Assembly (NCBI GenBank): GCA_964634945.1
Contig: CAZWMG010000003.1
Location: 37,861 to 101,860, forward strand
Source: an uncultured Planctomycetia bacterium
GTDB taxonomy: Bacteria; Omnitrophota; Gorgyraeia; JABMRG01
Direction: 5' to 3'
DNA: 64,000 bases
The position numbers and the translations under genes were made by a program. Shown piece after piece: positions 18,839 through 27,979 of the stretch (its first letter is position 1; each line of letters opens with the position of its first letter). The notes below the pieces were generated by a model. It made no database searches, had not been told where the DNA came from, and saw only the letters and a program-made list of their open reading frames with translations.

Positions 18839-21063
18839 ATCCTGATACCAAAATTTGGTTTATATTTAAAAACGACTCTATGCCTTCCCGCTTTTACGAA
18901 TACGCCCTGCACAAGCCCGTTAATCTCCAATAAATCATCTCTTTCACCATCAATAGATACTGACCAGCCGGGATAATAATTTTCAGAAAATATTAAAAAA
19001 CCATTCTTTCTAGCATCTATGTCCACTTCGCAATAACCATCCGTATATTCTACTAACTTAACATCGCAGGCTTTACTTGAAGTAATAGTCCCTTCTATGT
19101 CAGTTGTAAAGAAAACCCTTGGAAGGTAATTATTGAGCTCATAAAGAAATAAGCTTTCATCCCGGACAATCGGTTTAAGAAAACCATAATCCAATTCTCC
19201 CACAGATACTACATACTTAACATTTAGCAGTCTGAGATCCTGATACTTGTTCACAAGAGAATCTTTTGAAGGTTTTAAAACGCCTAAGGCATTATCAACC
19301 GCCTCCAGGCCAAAGAGACGCGTAACGTAGGACTCCTCAGCAAGCGGAGTATAGGCAGCCACACTATCAATATTAGCCAGAATATTCGTATTAGGCATTG
19401 CCCAATTTGACAGCTTCTCATCCGTTAAATCAAAAGGCAGCACCCTAAAGAGTCCATTATCTGTGCTTAAAACTGATAACGCACTGCTCTCTCTTGGTTT
19501 AGCAAAACTAAAGCTTATATTATTGGTAAATCCTGTTCCGTAAAAGCTGTAAACATATAGGTCAATAAATATCAGACAAAAAATCGGTATCTTAAGCCTG
19601 CTTACCTTACCCGGATTTTTATATATATAAATACACGCAAGTAAAACAATAACAACCATTGCCAAAGAAAAGATAATAAAAAAGTCATTTAAGGATACGC
19701 TTTCAACGATTGACTGATATATGCCCTTTATCCTACCCATATAACTATCCAGGCTGTATCTGTGATGCGGCTTACCGTAAATGTATTTCAATATATAGCT
19801 CCGCGATAAAGCTAATATCTGATCCTTAAAGATAATCAAAAAAACCTTTGACGCGAAAAACATAGCTATAAAAGACGCTAAAATTATACCTAAAACTTTT
19901 GTCACGACTTTTATGTGTTTGTTGTTACGCTCTATAAAAAACCTGCTAAAGCCTACGCCTGATATAATAGACACGCAGAATATCGTAAAGAAGAGAAACT
20001 TTGACGGGTTTCTGAAACTGTAAAATCCCGTTACCTTAAGCATTAAAACATATAATGGGTTATACTTTCCTAGCGCCGCGAGAAAAGCAAGAAGACCTAT
20101 AGCTATGAGCACTTTTATAGCACGGTTCTTTCTATGGCATATAACTCCATAAAGAAGGAAAATTAGGCTAAATACTCCTATAAAAAGCCTCTGGCCTAAA
20201 AAGCTCAACCATTTAGGATAAATAATATTAAACAAGGATATCGGTGAAAATGACTTCCATAACGCGAAGCCTAAAGTTGAAGACGTTCTCGCGGTTGCCT
20301 GCGCGAGATTATAGGTAAGTAAAAGCTGCGGCATAGCGATAACAATCGCTAGCAGAGAAAAAACAAAAATCGCTAAAATGCTCTTTTTTAGAGCTATACG
20401 CTTAAGGTAAAGACTGTATGCCATATAAATTAAATAAAAACCAAACGAATATGCCGCCAATTGTATAAAGCCCGCTAAAAATTGCATACCAACTACAGCA
20501 CCGGCTATAAGAATATAAAAAAGCTTTTTGGTGCTTATGAAATATTCAAAAAGAAGCAAAACAAGCGGAAACCAGATAAGTGTTCTTAAGGTAACAACAT
20601 TGTAAAAAGCGCCCGCATAAGCACTGCCAAAACAGAACAATAAAGCGGCAAGAGATCCTCCCCACTGATCAGCGCCGACTTTTCTTGAATAGGCGTATGA
20701 AAAACACCCTGCCAACACGAAGTGGAGTATAATAGAATAATTATAAGCAAATTTAAATGGCAACAAAAAAAACATCACTATATTTAAAGGATAAAACCCG
20801 CCTACCTGCCCTTCCGCCATTAAGGGAAACCCGCTATGAAAATACCTGCACCAAAAAGGAAAGCAGAAATTCTTAATAGACTCTGCATACACCTTGAGCC
20901 AAGGATAGAACTGGGCAAGAAAATCACCTTTAAGCATAGCCTCCTTCATGAGGATCTGCTTACCCAAAAAAACAAACATAGTGAGGGTAAAGAAAATCAC
21001 AAAACCATAATTATGCCTTAATATTGTTTTTACACGACTAGCTATTGTTAACTTTTTACACAT
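18835..21063 (-). CDS. YfhO-family GT-C membrane protein
   Basis: GDFLAQFYP, PFW...SGFPLMAE...FYPLN, FRNPSKF, LRLLNVKYVV, SENYYPGW, GRHRVVFKYKP. Confidence 0.85.
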   Translation of the reverse strand: MCKKLTIASRVKTILRHNYGFVIFFTLTMFVFLGKQILMKEAMLKGDFLAQFYPWLKVYAESIKNFCFPFWCRYFHSGFPLMAEGQVGGFYPLNIVMFFLLPFKFAYNYSIILHFVLAGCFSYAYSRKVGADQWGGSLAALLFCFGSAYAGAFYNVVTLRTLIWFPLVLLLFEYFISTKKLFYILIAGAVVGMQFLAGFIQLAAYSFGFYLIYMAYSLYLKRIALKKSILAIFVFSLLAIVIAMPQLLLTYNLAQATARTSSTLGFALWKSFSPISLFNIIYPKWLSFLGQRLFIGVFSLIFLLYGVICHRKNRAIKVLIAIGLLAFLAALGKYNPLYVLMLKVTGFYSFRNPSKFLFFTIFCVSIISGVGFSRFFIERNNKHIKVVTKVLGIILASFIAMFFASKVFLIIFKDQILALSRSYILKYIYGKPHHRYSLDSYMGRIKGIYQSIVESVSLNDFFIIFSLAMVVIVLLACIYIYKNPGKVSRLKIPIFCLIFIDLYVYSFYGTGFTNNISFSFAKPRESSALSVLSTDNGLFRVLPFDLTDEKLSNWAMPNTNILANIDSVAAYTPLAEESYVTRLFGLEAVDNALGVLKPSKDSLVNKYQDLRLLNVKYVVSVGELDYGFLKPIVRDESLFLYELNNYLPRVFFTTDIEGTITSSKACDVKLVEYTDGYCEVDIDARKNGFLIFSENYYPGWSVSIDGERDDLLEINGLVQGVFVKAGRHRVVFKYKPNFGIRI

Positions 21064-21074
21064 AATATTTCGTA

Positions 21075-22478
21075 TTAACCTTTCTGCAAAACTACCGAGA
21101 ATATTCTTTTAAACAAGAATTTGACTTGCGTCCAGGTTCTTATGCTTGATAAAAACCTAAAAAATATACTTGGCCTTAAGTAAAAAGAGAGTGTAGCTCT
21201 CTTCTGAAGGTCTTTCATCTCTTGCGAACTTATCAAACCTGCTGACCATGAAACCTTATCATAATTAAATGTATTCCAATTAAGCTCACCTAATTTGCCC
21301 TCGGTTTTTAATTTATCGTATATGGGCGTTCCTGGATATGGCTTAAATATATTAAACGAGGCATAGGTCAATGGAAGTTTTTGAGAAAACAAAATAGTCT
21401 TTTCTACATCATCCGCTGTCTCTGTCGGGTATCCTATTATGAAAAAACCCATAGTATTTATGCCTACTTCATTAATCAATCTTACTTTTTCATATACGCT
21501 CTCTAGTGTCTGCGCCTTTTTCATATCATCCAATATCCTCTGGCTTCCGGATTCTATGCCCAGGCTAAAAGAATAGCAGCCCGCTTCTTTCATCTTCTCA
21601 AGCAGCTCTCTATCCAGAGTATTCAGGCGCACCCCCTGGGGAAGTGCCCAGTGAAGCTTAAAAGGCAACTCTTTTATTTTCGAACAAACCTCTAAGACAT
21701 AATCTTTTTTCAATGTAAAATTATCATCCTCAAAATGAACTTCACTAACGCCAAAATTATCATGCAGATATATTATCTCGCTTAAAAGATTGCTAACGCT
21801 TCTGTATCGTAATTTTCTGCCTGTAACCAGCTTGCCACAGCAAAAGCTACATTCAAAAGGGCAGCCCCGCGTAGCCATAATAGGCGCTGTTGGGAAACTC
21901 TTCAACATAAAACCCTGAGGCGCCGGGGGATAATCATTAGGATCCAGCAGGTCCCACGCGGGGAAGGCTAAACTATCCAGGTCGTCACAGATACTTCTTT
22001 GATTTACAACAACAGACTCTTTATTGCGCCAGACAAGATTATCTATCCCCTCTAATGTCTCATCACTTAAGCGTCCTTGGGCGATAACCTGTACAAGCCT
22101 TGAAAGCGGTGCTTCACCTTCGCCGTAAATAACAAAATCCATCTTATCCATATAATCTAGGGTCTGTTTTGGGTTACATGAAGGATGCGGCCCGCCTGCT
22201 ATGGTTATTATCTCTTTATCGAGCCCCTTTATAAGCGCTGTAAGCTCTTTTACATTATCCAGATCTTTTGTAAATATCTTAAAACCCACTATATCAGGAC
22301 CGGTCTCTTTGATATATCTCAATAAGGCAGCATTATCCATATTCTTATTTACGCAATCAATGATATCCGTCTCATAGCCTTCTTTGCGTAACATGCTGCC
22401 GAGATAACCCAAGCCGATATCCGGTGTTATCTGATATGCCTTGCTAAAAGGTAAAACCAGCAATACTCTCATAATCAA
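21075..22478 (-). CDS. Cobalamin-binding radical SAM enzyme
   Basis: GLGYL, AGGPHPS, GEGE, TRGCPFECSFC, FEDDNF, GIESGS, PYPGT. Confidence 0.93.
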   Translation of the reverse strand: MIMRVLLVLPFSKAYQITPDIGLGYLGSMLRKEGYETDIIDCVNKNMDNAALLRYIKETGPDIVGFKIFTKDLDNVKELTALIKGLDKEIITIAGGPHPSCNPKQTLDYMDKMDFVIYGEGEAPLSRLVQVIAQGRLSDETLEGIDNLVWRNKESVVVNQRSICDDLDSLAFPAWDLLDPNDYPPAPQGFMLKSFPTAPIMATRGCPFECSFCCGKLVTGRKLRYRSVSNLLSEIIYLHDNFGVSEVHFEDDNFTLKKDYVLEVCSKIKELPFKLHWALPQGVRLNTLDRELLEKMKEAGCYSFSLGIESGSQRILDDMKKAQTLESVYEKVRLINEVGINTMGFFIIGYPTETADDVEKTILFSQKLPLTYASFNIFKPYPGTPIYDKLKTEGKLGELNWNTFNYDKVSWSAGLISSQEMKDLQKRATLSFYLRPSIFFRFLSSIRTWTQVKFLFKRIFSVVLQKG

Positions 22479-23497
22479 TTCAGCCTTATCTCTTTAATAA
22501 AAGTTTTAATATCGCGTATATTCTTTACTGAAACGCCTAAGAATGTCTTTTGCCACAAAAAATCACACTCTGCGCACATAGCTACAGACTTGTACTCTTT
22601 ATCGCGAATCTTTTTTCGTAATGACCGCATCTTTTCAGAATTCCACGCATCCGATAATGAAATATCCTTAATATTGCCTAATGGGTATTCCTCAAAAAAA
22701 TTGACACAACATGGGACAATTGTTCCATCCCATAAAATAGTAAGCGTAAACCAAAGATAAGGACACGGAAGATACTTTACCTTCAAAAAACTGCTCTTTA
22801 CCTCTCCGCTATAAGCATAATCCGAACCCGTTATATCTTGATCTATCTTACCCCCAAAGCGGTGAGGTTTTATTATCCTAAAATCGCTGATAGGCAGGCC
22901 TTTAAATCTCATCGTAAAATCGGCTCTTTGTCTTTTATTTGACGCGCTTGCCTCAGTCTCTATCACCTGAATAAGCGTGTAGGGTTTTCTGGATCCAATC
23001 TCCTTTTTTGCATCTAAAAAACCTAATATATTTGACCGCGTCTTTTCATACTCTCCGCCTTTTCTTATTTTTTCATAAGCTGACTTTGTATAACCATCAA
23101 AAGAAAAAGATATAAAATCCAGGCCTGATCTTATAATCTCTTCAGCCTTGGCCCTGTCAAGGAGCGTAGCGTTGGTCTCAAGCCTTATTCTTAAGCCCCT
23201 TGATTTCGCGTAACGTATCATCTCAGGCAGGCCTTTATGCAATAACGACTCGCCTCGCATGAAAAGATTTATATCCATAACAGAACCGCTTGCCTGATCT
23301 ATTATATTTCTATAGGTATCTAACGACATAAAACCTACGGGCAGCCGCTCTTTCATAACCCTGTTTGGACAGATCGGGCAGCTTAGATTGCAGGAATTTG
23401 TAGGCTCGATCCATAACCGTGTAGGCATAGACTGACAATTAATATCTCTTCTTCTGTATTGCGAAAAAGTTTTGTAGATTCTGCCTATCTTAGTCAA
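22475..23497 (-). CDS. Radical SAM enzyme with SPASM/twitch C-terminus
   Basis: EPTNSCNLSCPIC, GESLLH, TNATLL; C-terminal CPYLW...WDGTIVPCC...LGNI...CAEC. Confidence 0.9.
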   Translation of the reverse strand: MTKIGRIYKTFSQYRRRDINCQSMPTRLWIEPTNSCNLSCPICPNRVMKERLPVGFMSLDTYRNIIDQASGSVMDINLFMRGESLLHKGLPEMIRYAKSRGLRIRLETNATLLDRAKAEEIIRSGLDFISFSFDGYTKSAYEKIRKGGEYEKTRSNILGFLDAKKEIGSRKPYTLIQVIETEASASNKRQRADFTMRFKGLPISDFRIIKPHRFGGKIDQDITGSDYAYSGEVKSSFLKVKYLPCPYLWFTLTILWDGTIVPCCVNFFEEYPLGNIKDISLSDAWNSEKMRSLRKKIRDKEYKSVAMCAECDFLWQKTFLGVSVKNIRDIKTFIKEIRLN

Positions 23498-23504
23498 TCT
23501 CTTT

Positions 23505-25217
23505 CTATCTCCTTTTGTACAGTATCAATATGGGCCCTGATCTTTTACGTGTTAATATATTTTCACTCGCGAATCCCGCGGCGGTTGGCGAAAAAAAACT
23601 CACCTTATTCATGCCTGTCTTGTTGTCTTTGAACGGGTTAAAAACCTTGGACACTTTGTAGTGCTGATTCAGGGCATTGTAAAACTTTCCTTCAAGCTTA
23701 AATTCCGGATATGGTTTCCATGCAAAAACATAACTTATATCCTCGTTTAGCAGGCTCATCGCATCCATATCAAGGGCCGGGTAACCACTGAAAATATCCT
23801 GGCCCAGCGAGCCGGACTCATAGATGTAATAAGGCCGATATCTAGCAACATTGGTTTTCGCTAATCGCAGCATCAATTCAATCTTCTTGGCTCTCGCGGA
23901 TGATAAGGCCTCCGCGGAGTCTAAATATTCTCTCTTATCCCTAATCTGGTCGATCGTGGGCTTAAGTTGCGGAGAAAAAAAAGTATGCGTCATCGCTATT
24001 TTTTCTCCCTCAGGGACATTCTCTTCTACATATTCGCTTGCCTCTCTCCTTGTATCTGTACTGCTAAAGAGATAATCCGTATATACGCTCATTAAGAGAG
24101 GCTGCAATAAAGCAATAACAGCAATAACATAGAGCAGGGATCTTCTCTTCTTGTATATACCGCCAATGGTTGCGCATCCTACTCCGGAGAATATCGCCAA
24201 TAAGGGGATTATGGGAATTATGTAGCGCTCATGAGGTTGGCCACAATATACTATTGAAACATAATAAACAGCTAAAAATGATATTAGTATAATAGCCTTG
24301 TTTCTATACTTATAAAGAGCGAATATTGTACCTACAGCAACCAATATAACCTGGGCAAGCCCCATACCCCCTACAATAGAATGTCTCAGGTGATGATAAT
24401 AACCTGTAAAACCCACTACCGAGGCCTGTGCCCTAAATGTAGTTAAAAAACCCTTAATATCTAACAATAGAAAAGGGTTGTATAGAAAGAATATCACCAA
24501 AAACGCAGCTACACAATATGCGATCCTAATATCAAAAATTATACTCCTTAAAGAGCGTCCCTCTTCTTTTGTTTTGAGTATATGAGCGCAAAGAATCGGA
24601 ACAACCAATATAACGGCATTATACTTAAATGCCGTCGCTATCGCCGCCATGATACCCGATATTATATAATCTCTGATTCGTGCCTTATCGTAAATATTAT
24701 AAATCCAGAGAAATGACAATGATATAAAAAGCGCCATTGGTATATCATGCCACGCGTAATGGCTGTTCCTAACATGCAGAAAATTTACAGATAAAAAAAG
24801 AGCTGATAGCATCCCGACTCTTTTGGAAAAACAGCGCTTGCCTAACAGATAGGCAGGTATTATGGTAAGCGAACCCATAATAGCGCCTGTTGTTATTCTA
24901 GCTATGATATAAAAACTAGTTGGATTATTTAGAAAAAGCCTGACAAAATCCATGGTATTACTAAACATGCCCATGCATAGACCAATTATATAATAAAGCC
25001 CGAACTCTAAAAGCAGTAAATAATACAACAGAGCCGGCTTCCAAAACGCGTGCGGATTAAGATCCCCCTGCCCCATGGCCATAGCCATATTTATAGCTGT
25101 GGGTTCATCAGCATGAAAGAGATCCGGCAGTCCAAAACCTATACCCCAGACTCTGAGTACAAAACCAATCAGGATTATCGCGAAAAGCATATAAAAGCTC
25201 TGCCTGTTTTTAGTCAT
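23505..25217 (-). CDS. GT-C-fold glycosyltransferase (ArnT/GT39-like)
   Basis: FGLPDLFHADEP, NPHAF..P, AWHD, ATAFKYN, ERYIIP, DTRREA. Confidence 0.85.
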   Translation of the reverse strand: MTKNRQSFYMLFAIILIGFVLRVWGIGFGLPDLFHADEPTAINMAMAMGQGDLNPHAFWKPALLYYLLLLEFGLYYIIGLCMGMFSNTMDFVRLFLNNPTSFYIIARITTGAIMGSLTIIPAYLLGKRCFSKRVGMLSALFLSVNFLHVRNSHYAWHDIPMALFISLSFLWIYNIYDKARIRDYIISGIMAAIATAFKYNAVILVVPILCAHILKTKEEGRSLRSIIFDIRIAYCVAAFLVIFFLYNPFLLLDIKGFLTTFRAQASVVGFTGYYHHLRHSIVGGMGLAQVILVAVGTIFALYKYRNKAIILISFLAVYYVSIVYCGQPHERYIIPIIPLLAIFSGVGCATIGGIYKKRRSLLYVIAVIALLQPLLMSVYTDYLFSSTDTRREASEYVEENVPEGEKIAMTHTFFSPQLKPTIDQIRDKREYLDSAEALSSARAKKIELMLRLAKTNVARYRPYYIYESGSLGQDIFSGYPALDMDAMSLLNEDISYVFAWKPYPEFKLEGKFYNALNQHYKVSKVFNPFKDNKTGMNKVSFFSPTAAGFASENILTRKRSGPILILYKRR

Positions 25218-26514
25218 TGTTTCCCAATATGGCTGTTATATCTTTAGCCAGTTTGATGCTGGAATTCAACCCTCTGTCCTCAGGATATATCTGTGCCATT
25301 GTAGCGAGATAGAGGCCATCTACAGGGGTATTAAACTTTGGTATGTTATTCTGATAACCAACCTCGACAATAGGCTGCGCGAAAATATCCCTGAAGAGAA
25401 ACGCACTCTTTATGCAACGCGGGTCAAAGCCCGGAAATACGCTCTGGATAGAATTCTCATAATCACTTATAAGCTCCGCACGATTTAAGCCATACTCTTT
25501 ATCTGTTTTGGATAGATAGTTTGACAGATATACAATGTGTGAGCCATCGTAATGCTTCGGGCTGATAAGCCTGGTATGTTCCAATACGCCCCCAAAAGGT
25601 ATGTTAGTATCCGCGATATTGAGCCAATAAAATTCACTTAGGCTTCTATCCAATTCAAGGATAAGGCACGCTATAGCTCTATATTCAATGCTCCGTAGGG
25701 ACGAGAGGTATTTTTCAGGCATATTATTCGCGATCTCTAAGAATTGTGGGATCGCGGTCGTCACTACCACCTTATCAAACTTAAAATTATTATCCTCAGT
25801 AAATACGCTCATGCACAGTGAATCGGAGGATCTTTCTATTTTTATTATCTCATTGCTATGATAGATCCTTGACCCATAAAAGGATATCTTATTTTCCAGC
25901 TCAGTAATCAAAGACTGAAAACTGCCATCAAGATAACCCAATTCCTCATAGCCGCATCTGCTTGTTCTTGTATTTCCACGCAGCCTTAGTCTGTAACAGA
26001 ACCATGCCGCAGACACCTTATCATGATTAGCGCCAAACTTTATTCTAAGAAGCGGCTCCCATATTATTCTGTAGGCACGTTCTCCCGCGTATTTTTTTAA
26101 CCAAACCGCTACAGGTACATCCTGTAGTTTTTTCCAGTCAGCGTATTTCTGAAGATAGAGCGTTGTTAATCCAAAACGCAACTTATCTTTTAAGCTAAGC
26201 GGCTTAAAGCTTAAAAGATCTGAAGGTATGCTAAATGGATATGTAACGCCGTTATAGTAAAGCCCCATCTGTGACCGGTTCCATGAAAGTTTTTTACTTA
26301 AACCAATCTCATCAATAAGACCCACAGCATGCTTGTCCCCAGCGAAAAGATGGTGGTAATATTTGTCGAGCCACGTATCACCAAGTTTAAAACCACCTGC
26401 CATGCCCCCTGCTTGCGGGTCTTTTCCAAAAAGCGTTACTTCGTGGCCTTGTTTGGATAAAAAATACCCGCAACAGAGACCTATTATACCCGTACCTACA
26501 ATACCTATTTTCAT
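25210..26514 (-). CDS. FAD-dependent oxidoreductase (protoporphyrinogen oxidase/amine oxidase fold, glycan-locus type)
   Basis: GIVGTGIIG dinucleotide motif, GGMAG, DKYYHH, SAAW, YWLNI, AQPI, QIYPEDRG. Confidence 0.8.
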   Translation of the reverse strand: MKIGIVGTGIIGLCCGYFLSKQGHEVTLFGKDPQAGGMAGGFKLGDTWLDKYYHHLFAGDKHAVGLIDEIGLSKKLSWNRSQMGLYYNGVTYPFSIPSDLLSFKPLSLKDKLRFGLTTLYLQKYADWKKLQDVPVAVWLKKYAGERAYRIIWEPLLRIKFGANHDKVSAAWFCYRLRLRGNTRTSRCGYEELGYLDGSFQSLITELENKISFYGSRIYHSNEIIKIERSSDSLCMSVFTEDNNFKFDKVVVTTAIPQFLEIANNMPEKYLSSLRSIEYRAIACLILELDRSLSEFYWLNIADTNIPFGGVLEHTRLISPKHYDGSHIVYLSNYLSKTDKEYGLNRAELISDYENSIQSVFPGFDPRCIKSAFLFRDIFAQPIVEVGYQNNIPKFNTPVDGLYLATMAQIYPEDRGLNSSIKLAKDITAILGNND

Positions 26515-27224
26515 ATCTTCTTACTCCCATAAAACAAGTTGCCCATCCAAAGAGTGGCAAATTCACGTATAGCATATAATATCACCTTGAAATTACCCCC
26601 TGTTGAATCTCCATGCAGCCTTGCCTTATGTTTGAGGGGCACCTGTCTTATGACAAGGCCTCTTTTCTTGGCTTTATATAGCAGCTCCGTATCTATGAGC
26701 GCGCCATTGCACGTAAGAGAGATCTTTTCAAAGACCCTTCTTTTATATAATTTAAATCCGCAATCTATATCTTTAACGCGTAATCCAAAAAACAGCGCTA
26801 TGCTTGTATTAAATATAAAAGCATTTATTCGGCGCTTTAAGCTGTCTCTGCGACTTACTCTATAACCGGCAACTATATCGGCATCACCTATAACCTTGAA
26901 AAGTTCGGAAACTTCTGGAAAATCAAACTGATTATCAGCCGGAAACAACACTATATAATCGTAAATAGCATTTTTAAATCCTGTCCTTATGGCAGCTCCA
27001 TACCCTCTGTTTTTCGCGTGTGAAATAATACGCAAGCCCCTGTATTGGCTCTTTAGTGTTTCAACGATATCTTTAGTATCATCACAGCTGCCGTCATCAA
27101 TAACCACAATCTCCCATTTATCGCATAGATCTACCAGCGCATCGGCAACCAAACATACCGTCTCTTTGATATTTTGAGATTCATTATATGCCGGCATTAC
27201 AACAGATATTGACTCATACCGCAT
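26511..27224 (-). CDS. GT2, DPM/DPG synthase-like
   Basis: VMPAYNE, IDDGS.D, NRGYGAA, ADNQFD, AGYR, DIDCGFKL. Confidence 0.9.
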   Translation of the reverse strand: MRYESISVVMPAYNESQNIKETVCLVADALVDLCDKWEIVVIDDGSCDDTKDIVETLKSQYRGLRIISHAKNRGYGAAIRTGFKNAIYDYIVLFPADNQFDFPEVSELFKVIGDADIVAGYRVSRRDSLKRRINAFIFNTSIALFFGLRVKDIDCGFKLYKRRVFEKISLTCNGALIDTELLYKAKKRGLVIRQVPLKHKARLHGDSTGGNFKVILYAIREFATLWMGNLFYGSKKI

Positions 27225-27256
27225 TATTGAAATTTCCTTTCTTATATCAGACTGCG

Positions 27257-27979
27257 TTAACTGTGCAATGCCCTGACTCTGATAATATCTAAGAACATAC
27301 GCACTGAACTGTCAAATAATTTAACTCTGCTCTGGGGTGAATTAATCCAAACAATGGGCATCTCTTTAATACTTTGCCCTTTCAAACGTGCAAGGTAAAG
27401 CATCTCTACATCAAAGGCAAAACCATCTATTCGCATCTGCGCGGCTATCTCTCGTGCCGGGATCCCCTTAAATAGCTTAAAGCCGCATTGAGTATCAATA
27501 ATACCCTTGAGAGCAAAAACCCCCACCAAGATATTAAAGATCTTACCCATATACTCTCTATAAAAAGGCTGGTGTTCTTTTATCTGCGCGCCTTTTATGC
27601 TGCGTGAACCGATAGCTATATCAAAGCCTTCATTCAATGCCGAGAATAACTTTTCCACTTCTCCGATAGGGGTAGATAAATCAGCATCACTAAAGAGCAC
27701 GTAATCCCCCTTAGACGCCATGATCCCTCTTTTTACTGAATATCCTTTTCCGCGGTTTCGTTGATTTTTTAAGATGCGCAATTTGCCTGTTTTGCTTAAG
27801 GGGGTATCCGTAGCTACTTTTATAGTACTATCAGTAGAACCATCGTCAACTAAAAATACTTCATAGGTATAGCCTCTAGAATTGCAATAAGAATGTATCT
27901 TACTTAATGCAAGCGGAAGCCTCTCCTGTTCATTAAAAGCCGGAATTATTATTGATAAATGTATATTCTTACTCATCAT
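27257..27979 (-). CDS. GT2, dolichyl-phosphate beta-glucosyltransferase (ALG5-like)
   Basis: IPAFNE, VDDGSTD, NRGKG, FSDADLSTP, IGSR, DTQCGFKLF, FAFDVE. Confidence 0.92.
   Translation of the reverse strand: MMSKNIHLSIIIPAFNEQERLPLALSKIHSYCNSRGYTYEVFLVDDGSTDSTIKVATDTPLSKTGKLRILKNQRNRGKGYSVKRGIMASKGDYVLFSDADLSTPIGEVEKLFSALNEGFDIAIGSRSIKGAQIKEHQPFYREYMGKIFNILVGVFALKGIIDTQCGFKLFKGIPAREIAAQMRIDGFAFDVEMLYLARLKGQSIKEMPIVWINSPQSRVKLFDSSVRMFLDIIRVRALHS

Noticed and set aside
9438-26514. Hopanoid tailoring cluster (HpnJ/HpnP/HpnE-like)
   Set aside because: No squalene-hopene cyclase, HpnC/D, HpnH or HpnN in the window; GT-C and nucleotide-sugar genes dominate.
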